Positions 34,797-44,655 of a stretch of 64,000 bases of DNA are shown piece by piece. The translations under genes and the position numbers were made by a program. The stretch spans positions 5,978-69,977 of the forward strand of contig CAISGE010000032.1 in NCBI GenBank assembly GCA_903884815.1. The letters are read 5' to 3'. Numbering within the stretch: the first letter of the stretch is position 1; every line of letters starts with the position of its first letter. The stretch comes from Candidatus Omnitrophota bacterium. GTDB taxonomy: Bacteria > Omnitrophota > Omnitrophia > Omnitrophales > Aquincolibacteriaceae. The notes under the pieces are model-generated. The model did not search any database. It was not told the DNA's origin and saw nothing but the letters and a program-made list of their open reading frames with translations.

Positions 34797-36572
34797 GTGA
34801 CCCCCTCTTTCGTCGGTTCTTTCAAGATCACCGGAAAAAAGGTTTTTATCCGGCTGAAGAACCAGATCTGCGATTCTTCCGAGGAGTTGCTGCGCAGTGA
34901 GCTCTTTTACGAGATCTTGAAACGTGCCCTGACCGCGCTCGATCGCCGCAAGTCCGTTGTCTTGAAATTCTTCGGCGGCCGGGAGGTGAACGATGCCAAT
35001 ATCAGACTCCTGATCCAAACCTTCGAGTTCGTCGAAAAAATGTCCATCGATCTGGTCGGCCGTGTCGTTCCCGGTTCCGAGGATCTTCTGCGCGACAAGA
35101 ACGCTTTGAATGATTTCGTGGAATATCTTTACAACTACTGGCGCAGTTTCGACAGGTTTATCATCTGCGAATCAGAGGACGAGAGGTACGACAAGCGTCC
35201 GTTCCGAACTTTTAATGACACGATCGAGGATCTGACGGACCTTGTTCGTCGGACCTACCGTGAGATCCAGGAAAATATTACCGGGACGCATCCGCGCATT
35301 TACCGTCAAGTGGCCGCCGGTGCCGAGATGGCTGCCATCGCGTGCTCCGTCCGCGTGCCTTATCCCGCGGAACTTTATGAGAAACTGAACGCGATCCCCG
35401 TCATACGCCAGGTCCTTTTCTATCCGCCCCTTGTTCTCAATCAGCTGAATAACACGCGCGAGGGCAAGTTTGAGAAAATCCCGGAGAATCCGCTCGGGCG
35501 CTTTGATCTTAAGCGTGATGAATGGTTGTGTTATCCACTGAAGGCAGGGAATCTTCTCATCCTGGTTTATTTTAAAGAGAAGTTCTTCGAAATGGGGCTT
35601 TCGCTTTGCAACCTTTTTGAGCTGGCCTCGGATGAAGATTTGCAGCGCAAGCCGGACGCGGTTTTTGTTTATGGTGCTGAGGAGAAATCCCTTGAGTGGC
35701 CGGGCGTTTTTCCGACGGTGTTCTTCGACGATGAGAAGAACGACATGCTGGTGGGGGCTGTTCCGGAGTCTGACCGGTTCGGCTATTTTGGATATCTCAA
35801 AAAAATGATCCTGACGCTCCACAACATCAAGCGCATCAAGACGGGCCGCATGCCGTTCCACGGTGCTTTTATGAAGATCTATCTCAAAGGTAAAAAGCCG
35901 GCCACCCTCCTTTTGATCGGAGATACCGGAGCCGGAAAATCGGAGACGCTTGAGGCGATGCGCGGTTTTGGGGTCGAGGAGATCCAGGATATTATCGTGA
36001 TCGCCGATGATATGGGTTCTCTTGAGCTACGGCCCGACGGGAGTGTCGCAGGATACGGCACAGAGACTGGGGCGTTTCTCCGGCTTGATGATCTGAAGCC
36101 CGGCTACGCGCTCGGGCAGATCGATCGTGCCATCATCATGAGTCCGGCCAAGACCAATGCCCGTATCGCGTTGCCGATCACGACCTACGCCAATATCACG
36201 ATGCCTCACCAGGTGGATTTTGTGCTCTATGCGAATAATTTCGAAGATCTTGATGAGGACCATCCCGTGATCGAGGAGTTTAAAACGGCCGAGGAAGCTC
36301 TCAAGACCTTCCGTGAGGGGGCGGTGATGAGCAAGGGGACCACGAAGACCACGGGACTCGTGCACACCTATTTTTCGAATGTCTTTGGTCCCGTCCAGTA
36401 CAAGGCCGAGCATGATATTCTTGCCAAGAAGTTCTTCGAGGCTTTTTTTGCGAAGGGACTTTTTGTCGGACAGATGCGCACCCGTCTCGGTGTTCCGGGT
36501 TGGGAGCAAAAAGGACCGGAGGCGTCAGCCCTGGAACTTCTTAAGCTGATCCGGAGTGACGCCCGCTACTGA
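34797..36572 (+). CDS. PEP-carboxykinase-like P-loop protein
   Basis: FGYLKKMILTLHN, PFHGA, GDTGAGKSE (Walker A), IADDMG, GTETGAFLRLDDL; start uncertain (34761-34797). Confidence 0.7.
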   Translation: MTPSFVGSFKITGKKVFIRLKNQICDSSEELLRSELFYEILKRALTALDRRKSVVLKFFGGREVNDANIRLLIQTFEFVEKMSIDLVGRVVPGSEDLLRDKNALNDFVEYLYNYWRSFDRFIICESEDERYDKRPFRTFNDTIEDLTDLVRRTYREIQENITGTHPRIYRQVAAGAEMAAIACSVRVPYPAELYEKLNAIPVIRQVLFYPPLVLNQLNNTREGKFEKIPENPLGRFDLKRDEWLCYPLKAGNLLILVYFKEKFFEMGLSLCNLFELASDEDLQRKPDAVFVYGAEEKSLEWPGVFPTVFFDDEKNDMLVGAVPESDRFGYFGYLKKMILTLHNIKRIKTGRMPFHGAFMKIYLKGKKPATLLLIGDTGAGKSETLEAMRGFGVEEIQDIIVIADDMGSLELRPDGSVAGYGTETGAFLRLDDLKPGYALGQIDRAIIMSPAKTNARIALPITTYANITMPHQVDFVLYANNFEDLDEDHPVIEEFKTAEEALKTFREGAVMSKGTTKTTGLVHTYFSNVFGPVQYKAEHDILAKKFFEAFFAKGLFVGQMRTRLGVPGWEQKGPEASALELLKLIRSDARY

Positions 36573-36783
36573 TCTCGTCTAACCCCGTACACACCCGGTG
36601 TGCGCAGGGGAGATCCTTTAAAATGGGTCACGGCCTCGCCCCTCTCCTGTGATATAATTTCCCGACAAATTTGAAGGGCTTTTTTTATCCGTAGCCCTGA
36701 TATTTATTAAGCTATTTGGGAAATCAGGATAGCCTTGACTGCCGTTTATGCTTTTAAAGTCAGGGCCAAGAGGAATTTTTCTT

Positions 36784-39285
36784 ATGGCCAAAGAAGTCTG
36801 CATTTGTCTCCACGGGCATTTCTATCAGCCGCCCCGCGAGAATCCTTGGATCGAAGAGATCGAGCAGCAGGATAGCGCCGCGCCCTTCCATGATTGGAAC
36901 GAGCGCATCCATTACGAATGTTATCACCCCAATTCCCGCGCCCGGGCGCTCGATGCCAAAGGCAAAATCGTCGAGATCGTCAATAATTTCGAGCGCACCA
37001 GCTTCAATTTTGGGCCCACACTCCTTTCCTGGCTTGAGGCGAAACACGCCGATACCTATCAAAGCCTTCTTCATGCGGACCACGCCAGCTGCGAGGCCCA
37101 TCGCGGTCACGGGAATGCCATCGCCCAGGTCTATAATCACATGATCATGCCGCTCGCGAATCTTCGGGATAAAAAGACCCAGGTGCGGTGGGGGATCGAG
37201 GACTTTCGTTCCCGGTTCGGCAGGTTTCCCGAAAGCATCTGGCTTTCCGAAACAGCCTGCAATGAGGAAACGCTCGAGGTGTTGGTTTCAGAGCGCATGA
37301 AGTACCTTATCTTGTCACCGCATCAGGCCCGGGCTGTCCGGCCGCTTGAAGGCGGGGCTTGGCAGGATGTGACCGGAGGACGCATCGACCCTAAGGAGCC
37401 TTACCGTTATTTTCTCAAGAACAATCCTTCTCTTTATATTGACATCTTTTTTTATGACGGGCCGATCTCCAAGGCTGTCGGGTTTGACAATCTTCTCTTC
37501 GAAGCGAAGCACTTTATGAAGCGGCTCGAGAGCGCGGTCGTGGATCACGAACGTTCCCAGCTCATTCACATCGCGACGGACGGCGAAACTTATGGCCACC
37601 ACAAGGCTTACGGTGACCGGGTGCTCGCGTATCTCACCTATGTCGAGATCCCGCGTCACGGGTACCGGCTTGTGAACTATGGGGAATATCTCGAGGAGAA
37701 TCCTCCGAGGCAGGAAGTGCGGCTGATCGAAGGGGAGAATAATGAAGGGACTTCCTGGAGCTGCGCGCATGGCGTTGCGCGATGGAAGGATCACTGCGGC
37801 TGCCGGGGTGACGGGCCGGCCAGTTGGACCCAGCATTGGCGCAAGCCGCTGCGTTGGGCGCTTGACTGGCTTCGCGACGAGTTGGCGCAGATCTATGAAA
37901 AAGAAGGCGCCAAGTATCTCCGGGATGTCTGGGCGGCTCGTGACGATTATATTCATGTGGTGCTCAAGCGGAACCCTGCGACCCTGCGCGAATTTTTCGA
38001 TCGCCAGGCTCTGCGCGAATTTTCCAAGGAGGAGGTTACCACGTGCCTCAAGCTTCTTGAGATGCAGCGCAATCTCATGCTCATGTACACGAGCTGCGGC
38101 TGGTTTTTCTCCGAACTTTCAGGGATCGAGACGGTCCAGATTCTCCAGTACGCGTCGCGTGCGATCCATCTCGGGCGGGAAGTGAGCGGCATGAATCTTG
38201 AACGTGATTTCCTGGAGCATCTCGCGCTCGCGAAAAGCAATATTGAATCGATCAAAGACGGACAAGGGGTTTATGAGAAGTACGTCAAACCCGCCGTGGC
38301 TACGCTTCACCATATCGTGAGCTATTACGCCATCGGGTCGATCTTTGAGAATTTTTACGCGTCGGATCCCAAAACGGATTTGGTCAAGATCTTCAACTTC
38401 GATCTTCATATCCTGCATCAGCGCAAGGAGTTCTTCGGGACGGTGACCATGAACTTCGGCCGCGTTCGTGTCATTTCCCAGACCACCCTCGAAGAACAGG
38501 AACTGGTGTTCGTGGTGATCCAGATCGGGTTTTATGATTTCCGGTGTTCCGTCAAACCCTACACGACCGAGGAGGAATTTGAAAAACTGGAGAGAGACCT
38601 TTTCGAGGCGCTCTACCAGCTTCCGATCCTCGACCTTTCCAAGAAGATCGATACCTTTTTCGGTGAGACGTATTATGCCTTAAAAGATCTGCGGCTCGGG
38701 GATCGCGCGAAGATCATCAGCATCCTGACGCATGAGACGATCACCAAGGTCAGCCATTTTTACGAACAGATCTACGAAGAGAATCTGCGCATGAACGAGA
38801 TCTACCGGTCGATCAACGTGCCGATCCCCGTCGAACTCCGGTACGCCGCGGAGCATACCCTGAGCAAACGTATGATGGAGGCGGTGAGGGACTGGGGCGA
38901 ACGTGGATTTCCGGCCAAGCGAATGCTTTCCATTTACCGCATCATGGATTCGGCGAAGGCGCTTGATGTTCATATTCATAAGGAGCCGCTGGCCCAATAC
39001 CTGAGCGAGCAGCTTTGCATGGGGCTTCGGGAGTTTATCGCCAAACTGGATCCTGAGATCATCCAACGGCTTCTTTCCATCGCCCGGCTTGCCAAGAAGA
39101 TCGATGTTTTTCTGGATCGCCGAGAAGCTCAGGACGATCTTTTTGCCCTTTTCCGTTCCTGGAAGGGAAGTCCCCAGGCCATCCCGCAGGTGATCCGGGA
39201 TCAGGAATCCCATCTCCATCAGCTGATGGATGAGCTCGACCTTTCTTCTGAGAAGCTCAAGAAGATTTTGGCCACCGGAGCCTAA
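36784..39285 (+). CDS. Glycoside hydrolase family 57 with DUF3536-type C-terminus
   Basis: HGHFYQPPRENPW, WLSETA (nucleophile Glu), ATDGETYGHH, SWSCAHG, MYTSCGWFF. Confidence 0.9.
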   Translation: MAKEVCICLHGHFYQPPRENPWIEEIEQQDSAAPFHDWNERIHYECYHPNSRARALDAKGKIVEIVNNFERTSFNFGPTLLSWLEAKHADTYQSLLHADHASCEAHRGHGNAIAQVYNHMIMPLANLRDKKTQVRWGIEDFRSRFGRFPESIWLSETACNEETLEVLVSERMKYLILSPHQARAVRPLEGGAWQDVTGGRIDPKEPYRYFLKNNPSLYIDIFFYDGPISKAVGFDNLLFEAKHFMKRLESAVVDHERSQLIHIATDGETYGHHKAYGDRVLAYLTYVEIPRHGYRLVNYGEYLEENPPRQEVRLIEGENNEGTSWSCAHGVARWKDHCGCRGDGPASWTQHWRKPLRWALDWLRDELAQIYEKEGAKYLRDVWAARDDYIHVVLKRNPATLREFFDRQALREFSKEEVTTCLKLLEMQRNLMLMYTSCGWFFSELSGIETVQILQYASRAIHLGREVSGMNLERDFLEHLALAKSNIESIKDGQGVYEKYVKPAVATLHHIVSYYAIGSIFENFYASDPKTDLVKIFNFDLHILHQRKEFFGTVTMNFGRVRVISQTTLEEQELVFVVIQIGFYDFRCSVKPYTTEEEFEKLERDLFEALYQLPILDLSKKIDTFFGETYYALKDLRLGDRAKIISILTHETITKVSHFYEQIYEENLRMNEIYRSINVPIPVELRYAAEHTLSKRMMEAVRDWGERGFPAKRMLSIYRIMDSAKALDVHIHKEPLAQYLSEQLCMGLREFIAKLDPEIIQRLLSIARLAKKIDVFLDRREAQDDLFALFRSWKGSPQAIPQVIRDQESHLHQLMDELDLSSEKLKKILATGA

Positions 39286-39412
39286 TTTTTGCTTGCCTCT
39301 CGCACGTTCCACGAATAATATAACGCATCCGCAACCAAAGGGTTTGGTCCTATAATCCACAGCCCCGGATTTGATCTCATAGCCCAACATCAATCGAAAG
39401 GAATCAACATCC

Positions 39413-41494
39413 ATGAGTACAGTTAATTCTGAAAAACGAGCTTTAATGAGCACGCTTCCGGGGGACGATGTCCGCCAGATCATGTGGCGGTTTACCGATC
39501 GCTACGACCTTCAAATGGTGATCCAGTCGACTCGTGCGGTGGCGCGCAGTGTGGTCGCCCGTATGGTGGCCGATAAGCAGCGTGATACTCATGAATGGAC
39601 GCCTGAAAAAGCGGCCATGCTCCTGGCGTTCGATGAGGCCGGTATCACGGCGGCTTTCATGGAGCCGGAAGAGGGGGGCTATATCTCGGGTCCCAAGAAC
39701 TTGGTGCTTGCCATGATCGCTTTCGAGCTTTGCTGGGTGGATGCCGGCGCTGCGACGGCGAGTTTGGCCAATAACCTCGCGCTTGAGCCGATCCATGAAA
39801 AAGGGACTCCCGAGCAGAAGCACAAATACATGGGGGGCTGTGTTCCGCCGAAAGCAGGCGAGAACCGGAAAATCATCCGCGGCTCTTTCGCGCTTACCGA
39901 ACCTCTTCCTTATGTCGGCGTGGACGCCGGCATGCTTTCCGGACGCATCCGTGTCGCGGAATGGAAGGAAGGGCAGGAACCGATCCTTCAGGTCGAAAAA
40001 CGCGGCCGCTTTATCACCAATATGGGCTACGCGAATTTCGTGACGGCCTCGGTCGATACCGATGACCCGCGCATTAAGTCCAGTTGCATGATCATCCTCG
40101 AGGAAAACGATCCCGGCCTTTATGACCGCGGTGCCCCGACCCTGAAGCTGGTGCATCAGCTTTCCAGCACGCATGATCCGATCTTCAGCCTGAAGGTCCC
40201 GGCCCACCGTATCATCGGCGGCTACACCATCAAGGACGGCGTGATCATCCCCAATTTCAACAATAGTGAAGTGATCGAGGCGGTGTTCCGCAGGACGCGC
40301 GTCACCGTGGGCATCATGACCACGGCGAAGCTGCTTTCCGCGATCGAACCCGTGATCCGTTATCAGCGCACGCGTTTCCGCGGCGGGAGCTCGGTTTCTG
40401 CCGGAACCCCGCGTTATGATCTGGGTATCCAGCAGAAGGAAGATCCGTGCCACCGCTTGGTCGATGTGTGGGCTACGGGCGAGGCGGGTGCCGCGCTCGG
40501 GTTTGAAGGAGCCCGCCTTTTCGATGCTTTCGACGTCATGGAGCATGAAAAGGACAAGCTCTTTACTGCGCAGGGGATCAAAGGCGCCCGGGCGCAAATG
40601 AAGGCGTTCGCGGAGCCTCGGAAGAGAGCTCTTGAATATATTGAGATGATGGCCAAGCCTGAAGCGCAGCGTAACGCGAAGCGCGTCGCGGAGCTCCAAG
40701 GCGATCTTTTGGTCCAGTATCTCATCAAGGAGTCGCTCGCCGATGTGTATTGCCCCGCCGGCAAGCTCTGGAACACGGGCTACGGCGCGACGATGATGCG
40801 CGAAGCCGTCAGTTTGATGGGCGGCTACGGGATCACGGAAGATTGTCCGGGATTTCTCACGCAGAAATGGTCGGACGCTCAGCTCGAAGCGACTTACGAA
40901 GGGCCTGAGTGTGTGCAGCGTCTCCAGATGAGCCGAACGATGGAAAATGATCTTTTCCTCGCTCAGTTCAAGATCTGGATCAAGGAACTTCGCGAACTCG
41001 CGAAGCGCAAGTCCGAAATGGGCGCCGAAGTTCTCGCGAATGCGATGGATCTTTGGCTCTGGTCACTTGTTTTTCTCCAGGCGAACAAGGACGCAAACGG
41101 GAAAACGCTTTACGGCGGCCAACGCCAGGGCGTGATGTTTCCGCTGGCGGACGCGCTCGCGTGGATCCTCGGGGCGCGTCAGCTCATCCTGGATACGATC
41201 GAACTTGAGACCAAAGGTCCCGAGAATCCGTCGCTGGCTGAAGGCCTTGCCGGCGTGGTGAATTTTTATTCAGATCTGAGCGGTGTTCAGGCCGCCCGTA
41301 CGGCGGGAGAAGTGGGCAGGATCTGCGCCGAGCTTGTCTACGGTTATCAAGCGCCGGGGACCGATTTCAAGGCGTTCGCGGAACTTCGCGCGAAGACGGA
41401 TGCGAGCCTCGTCGGTGTCCGTTTTTCAAAGGATCGTGCCGCCGAAGCCGTGGCGCATGTGATGATCCCGGAAGCGCTCGATTATCCGCTTTAA
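39413..41494 (+). CDS. Long acyl-CoA dehydrogenase family protein
   Basis: FALTEP, FITN, MGGYGITED, ATYEGPE; 693 aa with C-terminal extension. Confidence 0.88.
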   Translation: MSTVNSEKRALMSTLPGDDVRQIMWRFTDRYDLQMVIQSTRAVARSVVARMVADKQRDTHEWTPEKAAMLLAFDEAGITAAFMEPEEGGYISGPKNLVLAMIAFELCWVDAGAATASLANNLALEPIHEKGTPEQKHKYMGGCVPPKAGENRKIIRGSFALTEPLPYVGVDAGMLSGRIRVAEWKEGQEPILQVEKRGRFITNMGYANFVTASVDTDDPRIKSSCMIILEENDPGLYDRGAPTLKLVHQLSSTHDPIFSLKVPAHRIIGGYTIKDGVIIPNFNNSEVIEAVFRRTRVTVGIMTTAKLLSAIEPVIRYQRTRFRGGSSVSAGTPRYDLGIQQKEDPCHRLVDVWATGEAGAALGFEGARLFDAFDVMEHEKDKLFTAQGIKGARAQMKAFAEPRKRALEYIEMMAKPEAQRNAKRVAELQGDLLVQYLIKESLADVYCPAGKLWNTGYGATMMREAVSLMGGYGITEDCPGFLTQKWSDAQLEATYEGPECVQRLQMSRTMENDLFLAQFKIWIKELRELAKRKSEMGAEVLANAMDLWLWSLVFLQANKDANGKTLYGGQRQGVMFPLADALAWILGARQLILDTIELETKGPENPSLAEGLAGVVNFYSDLSGVQAARTAGEVGRICAELVYGYQAPGTDFKAFAELRAKTDASLVGVRFSKDRAAEAVAHVMIPEALDYPL

Positions 41495-41498
41495 AAAC

Positions 41499-41572
41499 CA
41501 GTAAGGCGTACGGTGTACGGAGTAAGGCGAAAAGGCTTTACGCTGTACGCAAGACGCCTTACCCCGTACGGA
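41499..41572. repeat. Heptamer-built inverted repeat, GTACG family copy C
   Basis: cagtaag gcgtacg gtgtacg gagtaag gcgaaaa ... ttacgct gtacgca agacgcc ttacccc gtacgga. Confidence 0.8.
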
Positions 41573-41582
41573 GAGGTTCTTC

Positions 41583-43436
41583 ATGACCACTGAACGTCAG
41601 AAAATGGATGTTGATATTGTTTGTGCCGGATTCGGGCCTGCCACAGCGGGATTCCTGACTACGCTCAACCGCGCGATGGCGGCCGATCCTTTGGCGGAGC
41701 ATTTCCAGAGCAAGACCATGCCGGGGATGCCGCTTCAGGTGATCTGTTATGAACGCGCGGATGATATCGGGTTTGGCGTTTCGGGCATCGTTTCCGAAGC
41801 CAAAGGCATCCAGCAGGCGTTCACGGCCGAAGAACTTTCACAGATCCCGATGGCGAGTCCCGTGAAGCACGAGGAGGTCTATTACCTTCTCGATCCCGTG
41901 GGCGCAAGCCGCCGCTCCTGGCTTCTCAAGATCGTCGACTGGCTTTTCCGCACATTGGGTTTTATCCTTCCCTGGTACAAAGATCAGTCGTTCAAGCTTC
42001 CGTTCATCCCGCCTTTCATGGCGAAACACGGGGGATGGGTTCTTTCGATGGGGCAGTTCACTCAGTGGCTGGGTTCCAACATCATGGGCGGCGGTATGGT
42101 TCAGATCTGGCCGGGGATGCCCGTGAAGGAGCCTCTCTTTGATTCCAATCGCGTCGCCGGTGTCCGGCTCGCGGATCAGGGCGTTGAAAAGTCCGGAAAA
42201 CCCACGGCTGCATTCATGCCCGGTATGGATATTCATGCGCCGCTGACAGTGGTGGGGGATGGGCCGTACGGACAAGTGGGACAGAAATTGGACGACAAAT
42301 TCGGGCTTCCCGAAGGCAATCACCAGCGCGAGTGGGCCCTTGGCATGAAAGCCGTGGTGGAGTTGCCTGAGAACACCACGCTTCAGCCTGGGACCGTGCT
42401 TCATACCTTCGGTTATCCCGAGCCTGAGATCTTCGGCTTTCTCTATGTTTATCCCAACCGTGTCGCATCCCTCGGTATTTTTATCCCTTCTTGGCTGGAT
42501 CATCCGATGCGCACCGGCTACCGCTACCTCCAGCACTGGATGCAACACCCCGTGCTTTGGAAACACTTGAATGGCGCCACTTTGAAATCCTGGGGCGGTA
42601 AGAGCCTTCAGGAAGCCGGTATGCAGGGAGAGCCGTTTATTGTAGGCGATGGTTTTGCCCGTATCGGCGAAGGTTCCGGGAGCACGAACATGCTCAAGGG
42701 CTCCGGCGTCGATGAAGCGTGGACGACGGGCGTTCAGCTCGCAGAAGGCGTGATCGAGCTTTTGAAGGCCGGAAAGCCTTTCACCAAGGATAATCTGGAA
42801 CTAACCTATCTGGCGAAGCGCCGATCCAGTTGGGTCGAGAAGGATAACAAGATCGCGAAAAAGGCTCGTGACGGGTTCAGCACTTGCTTTGAGCTCGGGA
42901 TGATGGGGATGGGGCTTGCCGGGTTCACGAATGGCGCTCTGAATATTCCCGGGAAGCTCAAACCGACTTACGCCCGCATTCCCTCGCTTGAAAAATATTA
43001 TAAGGGGAAGGTTTCCAAGGAGACGATCGACGGCGCGTTCAAAGAAATGAATGCGACGAATTCCTCCATGCATGATGCGATGATGGACGCGGCAGGTTGG
43101 CCGGAGATTCAGTATGACGGCAAGCTCCTCATTTCCCATCAGGACGCGTTACTTCTCGGCGGCAAGGTCCAGGCCGCGGAAGGCTACGCCGACCATGTGA
43201 TCTTTATGGATGCCGGGAAATGTCAGAAATGTCACACCAAGGTTTGTATCGAGATGTGTTCCGGACAGGCGATCACCGCGGGTTCCGATGGCGGCGTTCC
43301 TCTTTTTGACCGTGAAAAATGCATCCACTGCGCGGCTTGTCTCTGGAATTGCGCATATGCCCGCGAAGAGGGAAGTGACCTGACGAATGTCGATTTCCGC
43401 GCGGGTTCCGGCGGTTTGCACTCAAACATCAACTAA
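41583..43436 (+). CDS. FixC/ETF-QO-like flavoprotein fused to ferredoxin (FixX-like) domain
   Basis: DIVCAGFGPA, RLADQG, GMDIHAPLTVVGDG, GMKAV; C-terminal CQKC..VCIEMC and CIHCAACLWNC. Confidence 0.85.
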   Translation: MTTERQKMDVDIVCAGFGPATAGFLTTLNRAMAADPLAEHFQSKTMPGMPLQVICYERADDIGFGVSGIVSEAKGIQQAFTAEELSQIPMASPVKHEEVYYLLDPVGASRRSWLLKIVDWLFRTLGFILPWYKDQSFKLPFIPPFMAKHGGWVLSMGQFTQWLGSNIMGGGMVQIWPGMPVKEPLFDSNRVAGVRLADQGVEKSGKPTAAFMPGMDIHAPLTVVGDGPYGQVGQKLDDKFGLPEGNHQREWALGMKAVVELPENTTLQPGTVLHTFGYPEPEIFGFLYVYPNRVASLGIFIPSWLDHPMRTGYRYLQHWMQHPVLWKHLNGATLKSWGGKSLQEAGMQGEPFIVGDGFARIGEGSGSTNMLKGSGVDEAWTTGVQLAEGVIELLKAGKPFTKDNLELTYLAKRRSSWVEKDNKIAKKARDGFSTCFELGMMGMGLAGFTNGALNIPGKLKPTYARIPSLEKYYKGKVSKETIDGAFKEMNATNSSMHDAMMDAAGWPEIQYDGKLLISHQDALLLGGKVQAAEGYADHVIFMDAGKCQKCHTKVCIEMCSGQAITAGSDGGVPLFDREKCIHCAACLWNCAYAREEGSDLTNVDFRAGSGGLHSNIN

Positions 43437-43464
43437 ACTTCCACTCAACTTCCAGGAGAGACCC

Positions 43465-43845
43465 ATGGACCTTTGCGAATACTTCGAAAAGAAAAAAGGC
43501 ACCGGCGTGCTTGCCACTTCGGACAGCTCCGGCAAAGTGGACGCGGCGCTTTACGCCCGCCCGCACATTCTTGATGACGGGACGATCGCTTTTATTATGG
43601 CGGACCGCCTGACGCATCACAACCTCCAGTCCAACCCTCACGCGGCCTACCTCTTTGTTGAATCCCAGGGGATGTACGAGGGGAAGAGGCTTTTTCTAAA
43701 GAAGATCTCGGAAGAGAAGAATTCCGAACGCATCAAGACGATGCGCCGCAGTTGCCTCTGTAATGAAGAAAAAGAATCAGACGGCAAGGATCGCTACCTT
43801 GTCATCTTCAAGCTGGAAAAGGAACTGCCACTGGTAGGTGCTTGA
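43465..43845 (+). CDS. Pyridoxamine 5'-phosphate oxidase-like FMN-binding protein
   Basis: GVLATSDSSGKVDAALYARP, THHNLQSNPHA; AGGAG RBS. Confidence 0.8.
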   Translation: MDLCEYFEKKKGTGVLATSDSSGKVDAALYARPHILDDGTIAFIMADRLTHHNLQSNPHAAYLFVESQGMYEGKRLFLKKISEEKNSERIKTMRRSCLCNEEKESDGKDRYLVIFKLEKELPLVGA

Positions 43846-44623
43846 GCTTGCTTTTGTGAAAAGAAGCGCCCTGCTCCTTATTCTTCTGTTCTTGCCGGCT
43901 TGTGCCCACACCCCGTATCAAAAAGATGTAGTCTTCCAGAATGCCCCCATTCAGGCCCTCCTTGCCGGATGCTACAGCGGGACGATGAGCATTCATGATC
44001 TCGGAAAGCACGGCGATTTTGGTTTTGGGACCGTGGATGCCTTGGATGGGGAAATGGTCGCCCTCGATCATGCTTTCTACCAAATAAAGCCGGACGGAAA
44101 AGTGCGCCGTTTGAAGGATCAGGATACGATCCCGTATGCAACGGTGACATTCTTTGGATCAGGGCAGGTTTTAGCCCCGGAACAGGCAATGACTTACACG
44201 GAGCTGACGGGATTTCTGGACAAAAATCTTTCTTCGGAGAACCTGATCTATGCGATCAAAGTTGAGGGAAGATTCTCTTGGCTGAAAGTTCGCAGTGCGG
44301 CCCGCCAAAACAAGCCTTACCCAGTTCTAACCGAGGCGATCAAGGAGCAGAAGATCTTTGAATTGAAGGACCAGGAAGGAACGCTGGTGGGATTCCGTTT
44401 CCCGTCCTATGCCGAGGGCGTTAATGTTCCGGGATATCATTTCCATTTCATCAACAAAGATAAGACGCTGGGCGGGCATGTGCTGGATCTTCGCAGTGAA
44501 GGGGTCCGCGTTCAGCTCGATCAAAGCCGCAAGTTTTCGATGGAACTTCCGAAGAGCGAAGAATTCCTGAAATTCCGTTTTGACTCCGATGCTAAGGAAG
44601 CGATACAAAAGGTTGAGAAATAG
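43838..44623 (+). CDS. budA: Alpha-acetolactate decarboxylase (with lipoprotein signal)
   Basis: HGDFGFGTVDALDGEM, GYHFHF...GGHVLD Zn ligands; LLFLPAC lipobox (alternative start GTG 43856). Confidence 0.88.
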   Translation: MLELAFVKRSALLLILLFLPACAHTPYQKDVVFQNAPIQALLAGCYSGTMSIHDLGKHGDFGFGTVDALDGEMVALDHAFYQIKPDGKVRRLKDQDTIPYATVTFFGSGQVLAPEQAMTYTELTGFLDKNLSSENLIYAIKVEGRFSWLKVRSAARQNKPYPVLTEAIKEQKIFELKDQEGTLVGFRFPSYAEGVNVPGYHFHFINKDKTLGGHVLDLRSEGVRVQLDQSRKFSMELPKSEEFLKFRFDSDAKEAIQKVEK

Positions 44624-44655
44624 ATCCTGCCGGGAGGGGACTCTGCCCTCTCTGA

